Assembly (NCBI RefSeq): GCF_024494595.1
Contig: NZ_JANHDI010000008.1
Coordinates: forward strand, 145,527-185,526
Direction: 5' to 3'
Length of the DNA stretch: 40,000 bases
Source: Halobellus rarus
GTDB taxonomy: Archaea; Halobacteriota; Halobacteria; Halobacteriales; Haloferacaceae
Shown in pieces: positions 7,122 through 15,844 of this stretch. The position numbers and the translations under genes were made by a program. The notes beneath the pieces were generated by a model. It made no database searches and was not told the origin of the DNA. It saw only the letters and a program-made list of their open reading frames with translations. Positions within the stretch are counted from its first letter, which is position 1. Each line of letters starts with the position of its first letter.

Positions 7122-7830
7122 GATAGCCGACGACGGCAGCACTACCCAGTGCGATAGCGCCACCGGCCAGTGTCAAGTCTGTCAACCCAGTATCGAGCGC
7201 CGCCAGTAGTCCCCCACCGAGTGCCGCAGGAATCGACAATAAAAATGACAGACGGAACGATGTCGGGCCATCGTGCCCACGCAACAACAACACACCCGTC
7301 GTAGTTCCTGATCGAGAGATCCCCGGCAAAATCGCAAGTCCTTGCGCAACGCCGACGAGCAGTGCGTCAATGAGACCGGGAGGCTGCTGTAGCGTCCGGT
7401 CAGTTTCCGTCGAAAGTCGTTGGAACAGTCCCGTAACCACCAGTAGGACGCCGATACTAATGACCACCATACCACCAGTCAACGCCGAAACGACCGCCTC
7501 AAGGACAGTATACGAGGCGAGACCGACACCCCCGGAGACGAGTGTTGCCACACCAAGAAACGTTGTTCGCGCGTACGCGCCTGTCGTTGCGCGGCGCGGC
7601 CGCCACGTTTGGAGGGTTCGGAGTTCCGTCCGGATTTCACTTCGATAATAGACTGTTGCAGATAACGCCGTCCCCAGATGAAGAAACAGTGCAAACGCCA
7701 CCGCCTGCGATGGACTTTCACCGAGCCAGGAGAGTGCAATCGTGAGGTTTCCTTCACTTGAGATTGGCAGCCACTCGAAGATCCCCTGTAGCGCACCGAG
7801 AATCAGAGCGAGTACCAGTGACCGGTCCAT
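7018..7830 (-). CDS. uppP: Undecaprenyl-diphosphate phosphatase (UppP/BacA)
   Basis: 270 aa, polytopic membrane protein. Motifs are GIFEWLPISSEG and PGISRSGTT. Confidence 0.9.
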   Translation of the reverse strand: MDRSLVLALILGALQGIFEWLPISSEGNLTIALSWLGESPSQAVAFALFLHLGTALSATVYYRSEIRTELRTLQTWRPRRATTGAYARTTFLGVATLVSGGVGLASYTVLEAVVSALTGGMVVISIGVLLVVTGLFQRLSTETDRTLQQPPGLIDALLVGVAQGLAILPGISRSGTTTGVLLLRGHDGPTSFRLSFLLSIPAALGGGLLAALDTGLTDLTLAGGAIALGSAAVVGYLTIDALMRVVERVPFWGVCLGLGTLAVVGGVLVL

Positions 7831-7904
7831 AGCGGATATCGCTACCGTAGTCGCAAGTGGGTTCCGATTAATAATTTCCTAACCGTTTTGCGACGCTATC
7901 CGTT

Positions 7905-8619
7905 GGGTACACTGTTTCGAGGGCCGTGTTTAGTTACGGATGAAGAGTGAGGCGGGAGAATTTCTTGCTGGTCTATGCCAGAAATCGCCCGCCTCACCGG
8001 ATGTACAGACTGGATTGATTTGGAGTTTGTGGAGCGGCAGCGGACACCCGAGCGTGCGATGAAGCTCGGTATTCAACTGCAGTTAGTGGGGCTGTCGCTG
8101 TCGAATACCGTCTCGATTCTCGACGAGTTGGGTGTCGAGCGCTCTCGTAAGGCAATCCACGACTGGGTGCAGAAGGCCGCTCTACAGCCCACAGATGGGC
8201 GAAGCCCGAATCACGTTGCGCTCGACGAAACCGTGATTCGAATCAATGACCAGCAATTCTGGCTGTACGCCGCCGCCGATCCCGAGACAAACCATCTGCT
8301 GCATCTGCGGCTATTTTCCACAACAACGACCGCATCAACTGAGATTTTTCTGCGAGAACTTCGCCAAAAACACGATATCGAATCTGCTGTGTTTCTAGTC
8401 GATGGTGCTCAACACCTCCAAACTGTGCTGGCCAGAGCTGGCCTCCGATTTCAAACTACACGAAATGGAAATCGGAACGCCATCGAACGAATCTTTCGAG
8501 AACTCAAGCGCAGAACTTCCTCGTTCTCAAACTGTTTCAGCCACGATGAGCCGCAAACCGCCGAAAATTGGCTCCAAGCATTTGCCGCCTGGTTCAATGC
8601 TCCAAACTAAACAGTACCC
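7905..8619 (+). mobile_element. Intact IS6-family insertion sequence (~0.7 kb)
   Basis: A single transposase gene is flanked by imperfect terminal inverted repeats. The left repeat is GGGTACACTGTTT... (7905-) and the reverse complement of the right is GGGTACTGTTTAG... (ending 8619). I saw no matching 8-bp direct repeat in the flanks (left ...TATCCGTT, right CTAAGACA...). Confidence 0.7.
7975..8610 (+). CDS. IS6-family transposase (DDE)
   Basis: 211 aa. The sequence ...VALDETVIRINDQQFWLYAAADPETNHLLHLRLF...FLVDGAQHLQ...NGNRNAIERIFRELKRRT... is typical of the IS6/IS240-like haloarchaeal transposase layout. Confidence 0.85.
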   Translation: MPEIARLTGCTDWIDLEFVERQRTPERAMKLGIQLQLVGLSLSNTVSILDELGVERSRKAIHDWVQKAALQPTDGRSPNHVALDETVIRINDQQFWLYAAADPETNHLLHLRLFSTTTTASTEIFLRELRQKHDIESAVFLVDGAQHLQTVLARAGLRFQTTRNGNRNAIERIFRELKRRTSSFSNCFSHDEPQTAENWLQAFAAWFNAPN

Positions 8620-8753
8620 CTAAGACAGACACAAGGTATTCGTAAGCACAGCGAGAATACAAAGTAACTTCCGGGGATTTGCACCCGACTCCCCCGGAAA
8701 ACCAAACTGACCTGGTCCCCAGACAAGAACAGCGACCGTTACACCACCCAAAT

Positions 8754-11700
8754 ATGACTGGAAACCCTTCACACAGGAAGCGAGCCGTATTCCTCACGGC
8801 CCTGATGGTCTTCAGCGTCTTCGCTGGGACTGTCGCGTTCACGGGCTCGACGAGTGCAGCCGCCACAAGCCTTGATCTTGGAAGCGGCGACGGAACTCCC
8901 CGAACCGTCGATCAGGGCACGACGCTCGACGGCATACAAGTAAATGACGACGACGCCGACAACTCCACGATGTACGTCTTCATCGACGAGGACGACGATG
9001 GCGAATACGATAGTGGGGAGGCGCTCGCAACTAACACGTCCGCCTACAACGGAACCGGGACGGATACCGACATCGAAATTGATCCGCTCGAAACGGATGG
9101 AATCGCTCCTGGAACGTACACTGTCTACGCGGTCGAGACCGACTCGCTCAATGACGGCGACAGCAATTTCAACACCAGCGTCAATCTGACGCTCGAACCG
9201 GTCTCCGGTGCAGCGAACCTGGATCTCGGTAGCGGCGACGGAGACACACACACAGTTACTCCCGGAACATCGCTTGAAAATGTTCAGGTCGATGACGACA
9301 ACGCCGGTAGTTCCGCGATGCACGTCTTCATCGACGAGAACGGAAACGGGAACTACGACATCGGTGAGCCGAACGCAACCAACACGTCCGGCTACAGCGG
9401 AAACGACACCAACATCGACATCGGGACGCTCGAAACTAACGGACTCGATATCGACACGTACGACGTCTACGCTGTCGAAAATGAGTCGTTGAACGACGGC
9501 GACGGCGGTTTCGATACTAGTACCCAGTTGGCGATCGAAGTAGAATCCGGCGCGGCGAACTTAGACCTCGGAAGCGGCAACGAGAACGATCACACCATCG
9601 ATCGTGGAATGAATCTCAACAATGTAGAGATCGACGACACTACCCCCGGAAACTCCACGCTATACGTCTTCGTTGACGAAAACGACAACAGCGAATACGA
9701 CTCAGGAGAACTGTACGCGACCAACGAGTCCGCCTACAATGAAAATGCAGAGGACGTCGCCATCGACACCCTCCAAACGGGTGACCTTGATGTCGGTTCA
9801 TACGATGTCTACGCTGTCGAGGCCGATTCACTGAATGAGGGCGACAGCGACTTCGACACTAGCGTCGAGTTGACAGTACAGAGCACAGTGGATCCCTCCA
9901 ACTACGACGAGGAAATGTCCTCAGGCTCGACTTTCTGGGCCGGACAGGAACTCTTGATCACCAGTGGCAGCGAACTGGACCCGAATACGGCACTGCAACT
10001 TCGCAATTGGGACTCTGGTGACAACCAGATCGGCGGGCTCGAAGAGGAGTTCTCCCTCGACGGCTCTGGTACTGCCATCTTTGACACCGACGGCCTTGAC
10101 GGCGAGTACGTAATCGTCTTGGCGAGCAACAACAACGAGCTCGTGCAGTTCGCCGGCAATAACGGCCAAGTGACAGGGACGACCACTGACGCGGAAAACG
10201 ACGGCGACAGAGCAGCGTTCGAGGTGGCTGAGCAAAACCTTGACGTTAGCTTCGGTGATGATGAGGTCAGAGAGCAGGGTACGACCACTGTCGAGTTCGA
10301 CTCGAACCGCGGCTCCTATGCGGTCAACGTCAGCGCTGACGGCCTTGACGCCGAGGAACTTGCGACGATCTTCGGCGACGGCGAGGACCAGAACGGTGAA
10401 CTCGAAATCGAGACGGTCGACGACGACGAGGACCGCATCACACTCGCCACGCTGAGCGACGGCGAGTACGACGTCGGCTTCACCGGCATCGATACCGGCG
10501 AGTACGAATTCGAGTTCGAGGTGGACGACACCTCCGCCTCCGACAGCGCCACCATCGAGGTCACCGAACTCGACGTCGACGGCTCGTTCGACGAGAGTTC
10601 CTACGTCCACACCGCCGGTGACGTCGTCGAGATGACGGTCGAACTCGAAGACACCGACGATGCGTTCGTCCAGTTCGGCGACGAGGACGCCGGCTTCATC
10701 GATGTCCTCTACATCGAGGACGACGACGATGACGACGAGGTGACCTTCCAGGTCAATACCCGCGCACTCGGCGCGAACGCGCAGTCTGAGTCGGTCTACC
10801 ACAGCGAGGATGACATCGTCGAGAGCGAGCTCCACGGCGGCATCTCCTCTGCCGACAGGGATCCCGTCTACGTGGACGAGGACGGCGACGAACTCAGTGC
10901 GGGCAGTGCAGACGATGGTTCCTTCGCCGCATACCTCGACGAACTGGGGCTGATCAACGCCGACAGCGAAGACCCCAACGAGCAGCTCGTCCGGCCGCTG
11001 CAGCCCACCGACTACGACGTCTCCGTTGGCGGCAACAACAGGTTCGTCGTCAACGACGACGGCCAATCCGAGCTCAGCGACGAACTCGACCTGACTGTGG
11101 TGGATCTGACTGAGCCGACCCTGGGCGACGTCCAGACGTTCGTCGCGCCGGCCGATAACGCCGACGAGAACGAAGAAATCGACGAACTGCGCGACGTCCT
11201 CACCGAGCGCGAGGAGATCGCTCTCGAAGACCGGCTGATCATCCGTGCGGAAGCCAGCGGGATCTACGGTCATATGGTGATGATCGAGGAGTCAGAGGAG
11301 GGCAGCGGCTTCGACGCGCTACAGGAGGGCTTCAGCGCGGGCACGCTCGCCACGCTTGACGAGCGGGATGGCGAGGGTGTGAACATCGAAATCGAGGCCG
11401 AGGACGCCGTCGCCAACCAGGAGGCCACGTCGCTGAACCTCGATAGCGACAGTGTCAGTGAGAACGAAATCTTCGTGCTCGCCGACAACGCGGAGGGCGA
11501 ACTGTTCATCGTCGTCGATACGGATTCGTCCGACGCGTTCACCAACGACGTCGACGAGGAGACCGACTTCACCGCGGACTTCGAGTATGAAACCGACGAG
11601 GACGAGCGCTACGAGTTCACCGACGGCAAGGGGCCGCTGGGCGGTGCCGGCGGCGATCCGGACGTCCCCGCGTTCCCGTACTTCCAGACGGAGGAGAGCC

Positions 11701-12260
11701 AGTCTTCGAGCGCCGAGTTCACGCTCGTCGAGCGCGAGGTCGCCTTCGCCAACCAGAACGACGACGGCGTCGTCGAGGTCGCCATCGGTGGTGTCACCGA
11801 CGCGGGCGAGGGGACGATCTACGGCGAGACGAACGTCGCGCCCGGGTCGGACGCGAGCGTCCGCATCCGCTCGGACAGCGGCGTCTCGCCCTCGTTCGCC
11901 GGGACGGCCGACGTGGAGATCGGCGGCGACGGCGAGTTCGAGGTAACGTTCGATTTCGACGAGGAGAACCTTGAGGACACCGGCACGGTGGCGCTCCGCG
12001 TCGGTGGCAGCACGGTCGGATCGAACGAGATGATCGTCGTCGACCAGCTTACGCCGACGCCGACGGAGACGACCACGACGGAGGAACCGACCGAAACCAC
12101 GACAGCAGAACCAACCGAAACCACGACTGAGACGCCGCCGCCGACCACCACGGTCGGGACGCCGATCCCCACGTCGACGACCACACCCGGATTCGGCGTC
12201 GCGGCCGCGCTGATCGCGCTCGTCGCTGCGGCGCTACTGGCGGTTCGCCGTGAGAGCTAG
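8754..12260 (+). CDS. Large acidic secreted cell-surface (glyco)protein with PGF-CTERM sorting signal
   Basis: The likely start is the Met at 8754 (MTGNPSHRKRAVFLTALMVFSVFAGTVAFTGSTSA, a signal-like N-terminus). There are many N-x-S/T sequons. A Thr/Pro/Glu-rich linker (~12055-12185) is followed by PGFGVAAALIALVAAALLAVRRES (12186-12257). Confidence 0.85.
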   Translation: MTGNPSHRKRAVFLTALMVFSVFAGTVAFTGSTSAAATSLDLGSGDGTPRTVDQGTTLDGIQVNDDDADNSTMYVFIDEDDDGEYDSGEALATNTSAYNGTGTDTDIEIDPLETDGIAPGTYTVYAVETDSLNDGDSNFNTSVNLTLEPVSGAANLDLGSGDGDTHTVTPGTSLENVQVDDDNAGSSAMHVFIDENGNGNYDIGEPNATNTSGYSGNDTNIDIGTLETNGLDIDTYDVYAVENESLNDGDGGFDTSTQLAIEVESGAANLDLGSGNENDHTIDRGMNLNNVEIDDTTPGNSTLYVFVDENDNSEYDSGELYATNESAYNENAEDVAIDTLQTGDLDVGSYDVYAVEADSLNEGDSDFDTSVELTVQSTVDPSNYDEEMSSGSTFWAGQELLITSGSELDPNTALQLRNWDSGDNQIGGLEEEFSLDGSGTAIFDTDGLDGEYVIVLASNNNELVQFAGNNGQVTGTTTDAENDGDRAAFEVAEQNLDVSFGDDEVREQGTTTVEFDSNRGSYAVNVSADGLDAEELATIFGDGEDQNGELEIETVDDDEDRITLATLSDGEYDVGFTGIDTGEYEFEFEVDDTSASDSATIEVTELDVDGSFDESSYVHTAGDVVEMTVELEDTDDAFVQFGDEDAGFIDVLYIEDDDDDDEVTFQVNTRALGANAQSESVYHSEDDIVESELHGGISSADRDPVYVDEDGDELSAGSADDGSFAAYLDELGLINADSEDPNEQLVRPLQPTDYDVSVGGNNRFVVNDDGQSELSDELDLTVVDLTEPTLGDVQTFVAPADNADENEEIDELRDVLTEREEIALEDRLIIRAEASGIYGHMVMIEESEEGSGFDALQEGFSAGTLATLDERDGEGVNIEIEAEDAVANQEATSLNLDSDSVSENEIFVLADNAEGELFIVVDTDSSDAFTNDVDEETDFTADFEYETDEDERYEFTDGKGPLGGAGGDPDVPAFPYFQTEESQSSSAEFTLVEREVAFANQNDDGVVEVAIGGVTDAGEGTIYGETNVAPGSDASVRIRSDSGVSPSFAGTADVEIGGDGEFEVTFDFDEENLEDTGTVALRVGGSTVGSNEMIVVDQLTPTPTETTTTEEPTETTTAEPTETTTETPPPTTTVGTPIPTSTTTPGFGVAAALIALVAAALLAVRRES
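8871..9885 (+). repeat. Three tandem ~114-116-codon protein modules inside the surface protein gene
   Basis: The modules start with LDLGSG(D/N)... at 8871, 9219 and 9561 (periods 348 and 342 nt). Each contains a 12-residue D.[DN].[DN][GS].YD..E loop (8985-9020, 9333-9368, 9675-9710). Confidence 0.85.
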
Positions 12261-12336
12261 CGCTCTCACGAGCCCTCGCCTCCGGCGAGGACGCCGCGAA
12301 ATCTGATGCTTTCGCGAGCCTCCCGCTTTGCGGGAG
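12250..12336. terminator. Three consecutive GC-rich hairpins between convergent genes
   Basis: GTGAGAGC/GCTCTCAC at 12250-12269 spans the surface-protein stop codon. CCTCGCC-tcc-GGCGAGG lies at 12274-12290. CTCCCGC-ttt-GCGGGAG lies at 12320-12336. Confidence 0.3.
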
Positions 12337-12354
12337 ACACTACACGAACTACCA

Positions 12355-12816
12355 TTAGTAGAGTTCATCGGCTGCCGTGTCGCCAGTCTCCGAATCGAAC
12401 GGGAGGTTGATGACGAGTTCGTCGAACCAGACGACGGGACGCTTACTCTGACCGTCTTCCTCGAAGAAGATGATTCCCAACTGAGCGAGCCGGCTGAGCT
12501 CCTCGTGGACGTTCTTGACGTCCCGGTCGACAACCCGTGCGGTCTCGTTGATGCTGGATGGCTCTTCCCGGCAGATGGCTTCGATGAGATCGAGGACGCG
12601 CGGCGTCAGTGTTCCCATAAGATCGTCGTAGCTGGTAAAGGAGAGTGTCGGCATAGAATCCACCGTTCCGTCGCGTTCGAGTGCCGCGATGCCGTCGGCG
12701 ACGTCGTCGTGGAACTCACTGGACGATTTCACAGTCACGACGAGGGTAGACTCGGCTCGAAGCTGTTCGCGCTCCATCGGGTGCAGCGGCGGCGTAGTAT
12801 CGTTCATCGGTATCAC
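12355..12816 (-). CDS. HTH (MarR/wHTH-like) DNA-binding protein, putative antitoxin partner of the upstream TumE-like gene
   Basis: 153 aa. It reads ...LTPRVLDLIEAICREEPSSINETARVVDRDVKNVHEELSRLAQLGIIFFEEDG.... It lies 15 nt downstream of 12832..13176 on the same strand. Confidence 0.6.
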   Translation of the reverse strand: MIPMNDTTPPLHPMEREQLRAESTLVVTVKSSSEFHDDVADGIAALERDGTVDSMPTLSFTSYDDLMGTLTPRVLDLIEAICREEPSSINETARVVDRDVKNVHEELSRLAQLGIIFFEEDGQSKRPVVWFDELVINLPFDSETGDTAADELY

Positions 12817-12831
12817 CGTGGTGTGTTGGCC

Positions 12832-13176
12832 TCACTGGACCTCGAATTCGGATTTCGGGATCTCGCTCCAGAATCGCTCCCAGAGTTCGACGATCCCGGG
12901 AAACGTGATGATGTCTGGGTCGGAATCCGGTGCGACGTGCAGTTCGTGCCCCTTAGTATCCTCGTGCGAATTATCGAATCGACGAATCGTCCCATCGGCA
13001 AGCGTGCGAGGCGGGTCCGGTTCCGTCGTGCCGTAGTGGAGTTTGTAGGCCCACCCAGACGGGTACGCGTCGCGGTCTATTCGCATACAGAACACGCGGA
13101 CGACAGTCCCATCAGGGTAGTTCCTTCCCTCATTCACGCCATCGAGGTCGTCGTCGGTCGGCGAGGCTATCCTCAC
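12832..13176 (-). CDS. TumE-like (DUF6516-like) putative toxin
   Basis: 114 aa. The pattern ...YKLHYG......RFDNSHEDTKGHELHV... resembles the Y.FH...R(Y/F)DN.PH....HHKH signature I recall for DUF6516/TumE. The assignment is from memory only. Confidence 0.5.
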   Translation of the reverse strand: MRIASPTDDDLDGVNEGRNYPDGTVVRVFCMRIDRDAYPSGWAYKLHYGTTEPDPPRTLADGTIRRFDNSHEDTKGHELHVAPDSDPDIITFPGIVELWERFWSEIPKSEFEVQ

Positions 13177-13351
13177 CTATTGGTATACAGGCCAATACAA
13201 TAGAGTCATTGGTCGAGAAAACAATAGCAGACTTCGCATTCCCAATGCCTGCGCTTTTGCTCACCAGGCTATCGAACTCGACCCACTCTCATCCGGACAG
13301 TATCCGCGCCGAGACGAAACTTCTTATGACTCACGGCGGAATACGACCTGT

Positions 13352-14698
13352 ATGGGATTGTTCGACCGGCTGCGCGGAGACGGTGATCCGCGCGTCGCTT
13401 TCATCGGTATCGACGGCGTGCCCTTCAGTCTCCTCGCCGATAACCCCGACACGTTTCCGAACTTCGCCGCACTCAGAGAGGAGGGCACCGCCGGCGCCAT
13501 CGAGAGCATCGTGCCGCCGGAGTCCTCCGCGTGCTGGCCATCGCTGACGACCGGCGTGAATCCGGGCGAAACGGGCGTCTACGGCTTCCAAGATCGGGAG
13601 ACCGGCTCCTATGACACCTACGTTCCGATGGGCAGGGACGTGCAGGCGACGCGCCTGTGGGACCGCGTGACCGACGAGGGCCGACAGGCCAGCGTGATGA
13701 ACGTCCCGGTGACGTTCCCGCCGCAGCGGAACGTCCAGCGGATGGTCTCGGGCTTTCTCTCGCCTGGGGTCAAGAAGGCCGCCCACCCCGACGAGTTCCG
13801 CGACGAACTCGATTCGATGGACTACCGCATCGACGTCAACGCCAAACTCGGCCACGACGACGACAAATCCGACTTCGTCGAGAACGCCCACGAGACGCTC
13901 GATAGACGCTACGAGGCGTTCTCTTCGATTCTCGAACGCGACGACTGGGACCTCTTTTTCGGCGTCTTTATGACGACTGATCGGGTGAACCACTTCCTCT
14001 TCGAGGACTACGAGCGCGACGGCGAGAACCGGGCGGCCTTCATCGAGTTCTACGAGAAGGTCGACGAGTACGTCGGGAAGATCCGCGAGTCCCTGCCCGA
14101 CGACGTCACGCTCGTCGTCGCCTCCGACCACGGCTTCACGACGCTCGATCACGAGGTTCACTGCAACGCCTGGCTCGAAGAGCAGGGCTGGCTCTCCTAC
14201 GAGGACGACGACCACGAGGAACTCGGCGACATCTCCGACGACACGCGCGCGTACTCGCTCATTCCGGGTCGGTTCTACATCAACCTCGAAGGCCGCGAAC
14301 CGCGCGGGGCCGTTCCCAAAAGCGAGTACGAGGAGACGCGCGAGGAACTCAAAGCCGAACTGGAGGCGCTCGAAGGCCCCGACGGGAAGAAAGTCGCCGA
14401 CCGCGTCGTCGAGAAGGAAGACGCCTTCCGCGGCGACCACGACGACATCGCGCCGGACCTCGTCGTTGTCCCCAACCACGGCTTCGACCTCAAGTCCGGC
14501 TTCAAGGGTCACGAGGACGTGTTCGGAAAGGGCCCCCGAAACGGGATGCACAGCTTCGACAACGCGTCGCTGTTCGTCGACGACGCCGACGTCGAGATCG
14601 CGGACGCCGACCTCTACGACATCGCGCCGACGATTCTGGACCTGATGGAGGTCGACTACGCCCGCGCGGAGTTCGACGGCGCGAGCCTCTGTAAGTAA
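13352..14698 (+). CDS. Alkaline-phosphatase-superfamily protein (type I phosphodiesterase / nucleotide pyrophosphatase-like)
   Basis: 448 aa. The N-terminal FIGIDGVPF...PPESSACWPSLTTG motif (metal/nucleophile region) and the later VVASDHGF motif are typical of the family. Confidence 0.75.
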   Translation: MGLFDRLRGDGDPRVAFIGIDGVPFSLLADNPDTFPNFAALREEGTAGAIESIVPPESSACWPSLTTGVNPGETGVYGFQDRETGSYDTYVPMGRDVQATRLWDRVTDEGRQASVMNVPVTFPPQRNVQRMVSGFLSPGVKKAAHPDEFRDELDSMDYRIDVNAKLGHDDDKSDFVENAHETLDRRYEAFSSILERDDWDLFFGVFMTTDRVNHFLFEDYERDGENRAAFIEFYEKVDEYVGKIRESLPDDVTLVVASDHGFTTLDHEVHCNAWLEEQGWLSYEDDDHEELGDISDDTRAYSLIPGRFYINLEGREPRGAVPKSEYEETREELKAELEALEGPDGKKVADRVVEKEDAFRGDHDDIAPDLVVVPNHGFDLKSGFKGHEDVFGKGPRNGMHSFDNASLFVDDADVEIADADLYDIAPTILDLMEVDYARAEFDGASLCK

Positions 14699-14755
14699 CC
14701 TATCCTGCGGCTACCGTTCATCCGACACTCAGGTCTCGAACACTGGACAGGTCGC

Positions 14756-15844
14756 CTACAACAGGTCGTCGAGTTCGTCGTTCGCCCACTGCGCTCCGGG
14801 ATCCGACGCCCGCTCGGGCGTCGTTTCTTCCTCTTTCTCGGCGTCCTTCGCACGCTGCATAAACGCCTCCAGCCGGTCAGAGCGCTCGACACCGCCGAGG
14901 AGGATCAACGTCGCGAGACGGCCGCTCGAAAGCGGGAAGTCGCCGCCACGAACCTGCAGACTGCCCGTCTCCTCTTCGACCCAGCGTCGGGCGCGCTCGA
15001 CACCCTTCCGCGGGATGGCGTCCTGCTCGCCGGCGACGACGACGAGGGCGGCATCGGCGTCAGTCGCATCCGGGAGACTCGATCCCGTCAACAGCGCGCG
15101 GCGCGTGGTGCTCATCACGGTGTTGATGTTGCCCTCTGCGTCGGGGGCGGCCTCCGCGGAGGCGTAGCCGAGCGCGGCGATGCCGCCGTTTCTGAGCGTG
15201 TTGATGATCTCTGAGGAATCGACGACGCTCTCGGCGACGCCCTCGACGGACTCGCCCGAGGCGAGCAGCAGGCCGACCCGCTTTGCAATCTCTTGGTTGA
15301 TCGAGTCGAACCCTTCGGTGACACTCTCACCGGCCGAGCGGAAGGCGTCGTTGTCGACGAGAAGCAGCGAATCGGCCTCACGGACGAACGTTTTCAGCGA
15401 CCGGCCGGCGTTGACCTGGTACAGCGCACCCTCGTCGCGGCCGGGGAGGATTCCGAGGCCGTAGACGGGGACGTCGTAGATCCGCTTGAGTTCCTTCGTG
15501 ACGACGGGTGCGCCGCCGCTGCCGGTTCCGCCGCCGAGGCCGGCGACAACGAGGATGGACTCGGTCCCGGCCGTCACGCGGCCATCCAGTGAGGCGAGTA
15601 CCTCTTGGATATCGGACTGCATCACCTCCGCGCCCAGTTCGTTGTCGCCGCCGACACCCTGGCCTTTCACACGATCCTGGCCGACGAGAACGGTCTCGAA
15701 GGGGAGGTCTCGGAGGTCGGCCTTCGCGGTGTTGATCCCTACCGCGCCGCGGACGGCACCGAATCCCATCCGCTCGTCGTATTCGACCAGTTCGCGGGCG
15801 AGTTTCCCGCCGGCCTGGCCGACGCCAATCAGGACGGACTTCAT
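14756..15844 (-). CDS. cetZ: CetZ (archaeal tubulin/FtsZ-superfamily cell-shape protein)
   Basis: The start was chosen at MKSVLIGVGQAGGK. The tubulin signature is AGLGGGTGSGGAPV. There is strong resemblance to CetZ (FVEYD..., VYGLGILPG.DEG). The track's 498-aa ORF carries a non-acidic N-terminal extension that I judge spurious. Confidence 0.85.
   Translation of the reverse strand: MKSVLIGVGQAGGKLARELVEYDERMGFGAVRGAVGINTAKADLRDLPFETVLVGQDRVKGQGVGGDNELGAEVMQSDIQEVLASLDGRVTAGTESILVVAGLGGGTGSGGAPVVTKELKRIYDVPVYGLGILPGRDEGALYQVNAGRSLKTFVREADSLLLVDNDAFRSAGESVTEGFDSINQEIAKRVGLLLASGESVEGVAESVVDSSEIINTLRNGGIAALGYASAEAAPDAEGNINTVMSTTRRALLTGSSLPDATDADAALVVVAGEQDAIPRKGVERARRWVEEETGSLQVRGGDFPLSSGRLATLILLGGVERSDRLEAFMQRAKDAEKEEETTPERASDPGAQWANDELDDLL

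Noticed and set aside
3975-8619. The two IS6 copies forming an active composite transposon.
   Set aside because: One copy is heavily decayed, the copies are inverted, no shared target duplication was found, and the cargo consists of truncated genes. It is more likely a rearrangement scar.
9921-11273. 450-aa ORF antisense to the surface-protein gene. The same applies to other long antisense or alternate-frame ORFs: 13331..14551-, 18720..19799+, 19751..21040-, 19945..21012+, 21183..22202-, 23722..25509-, 31289..33085-, 31327..32532-, 32695..34194-.
   Set aside because: They overlap confidently identified genes. Their translations are Arg/Pro/Gly/Val-rich low complexity, typical of off-frame reading of high-GC DNA, and they lack recognisable motifs.
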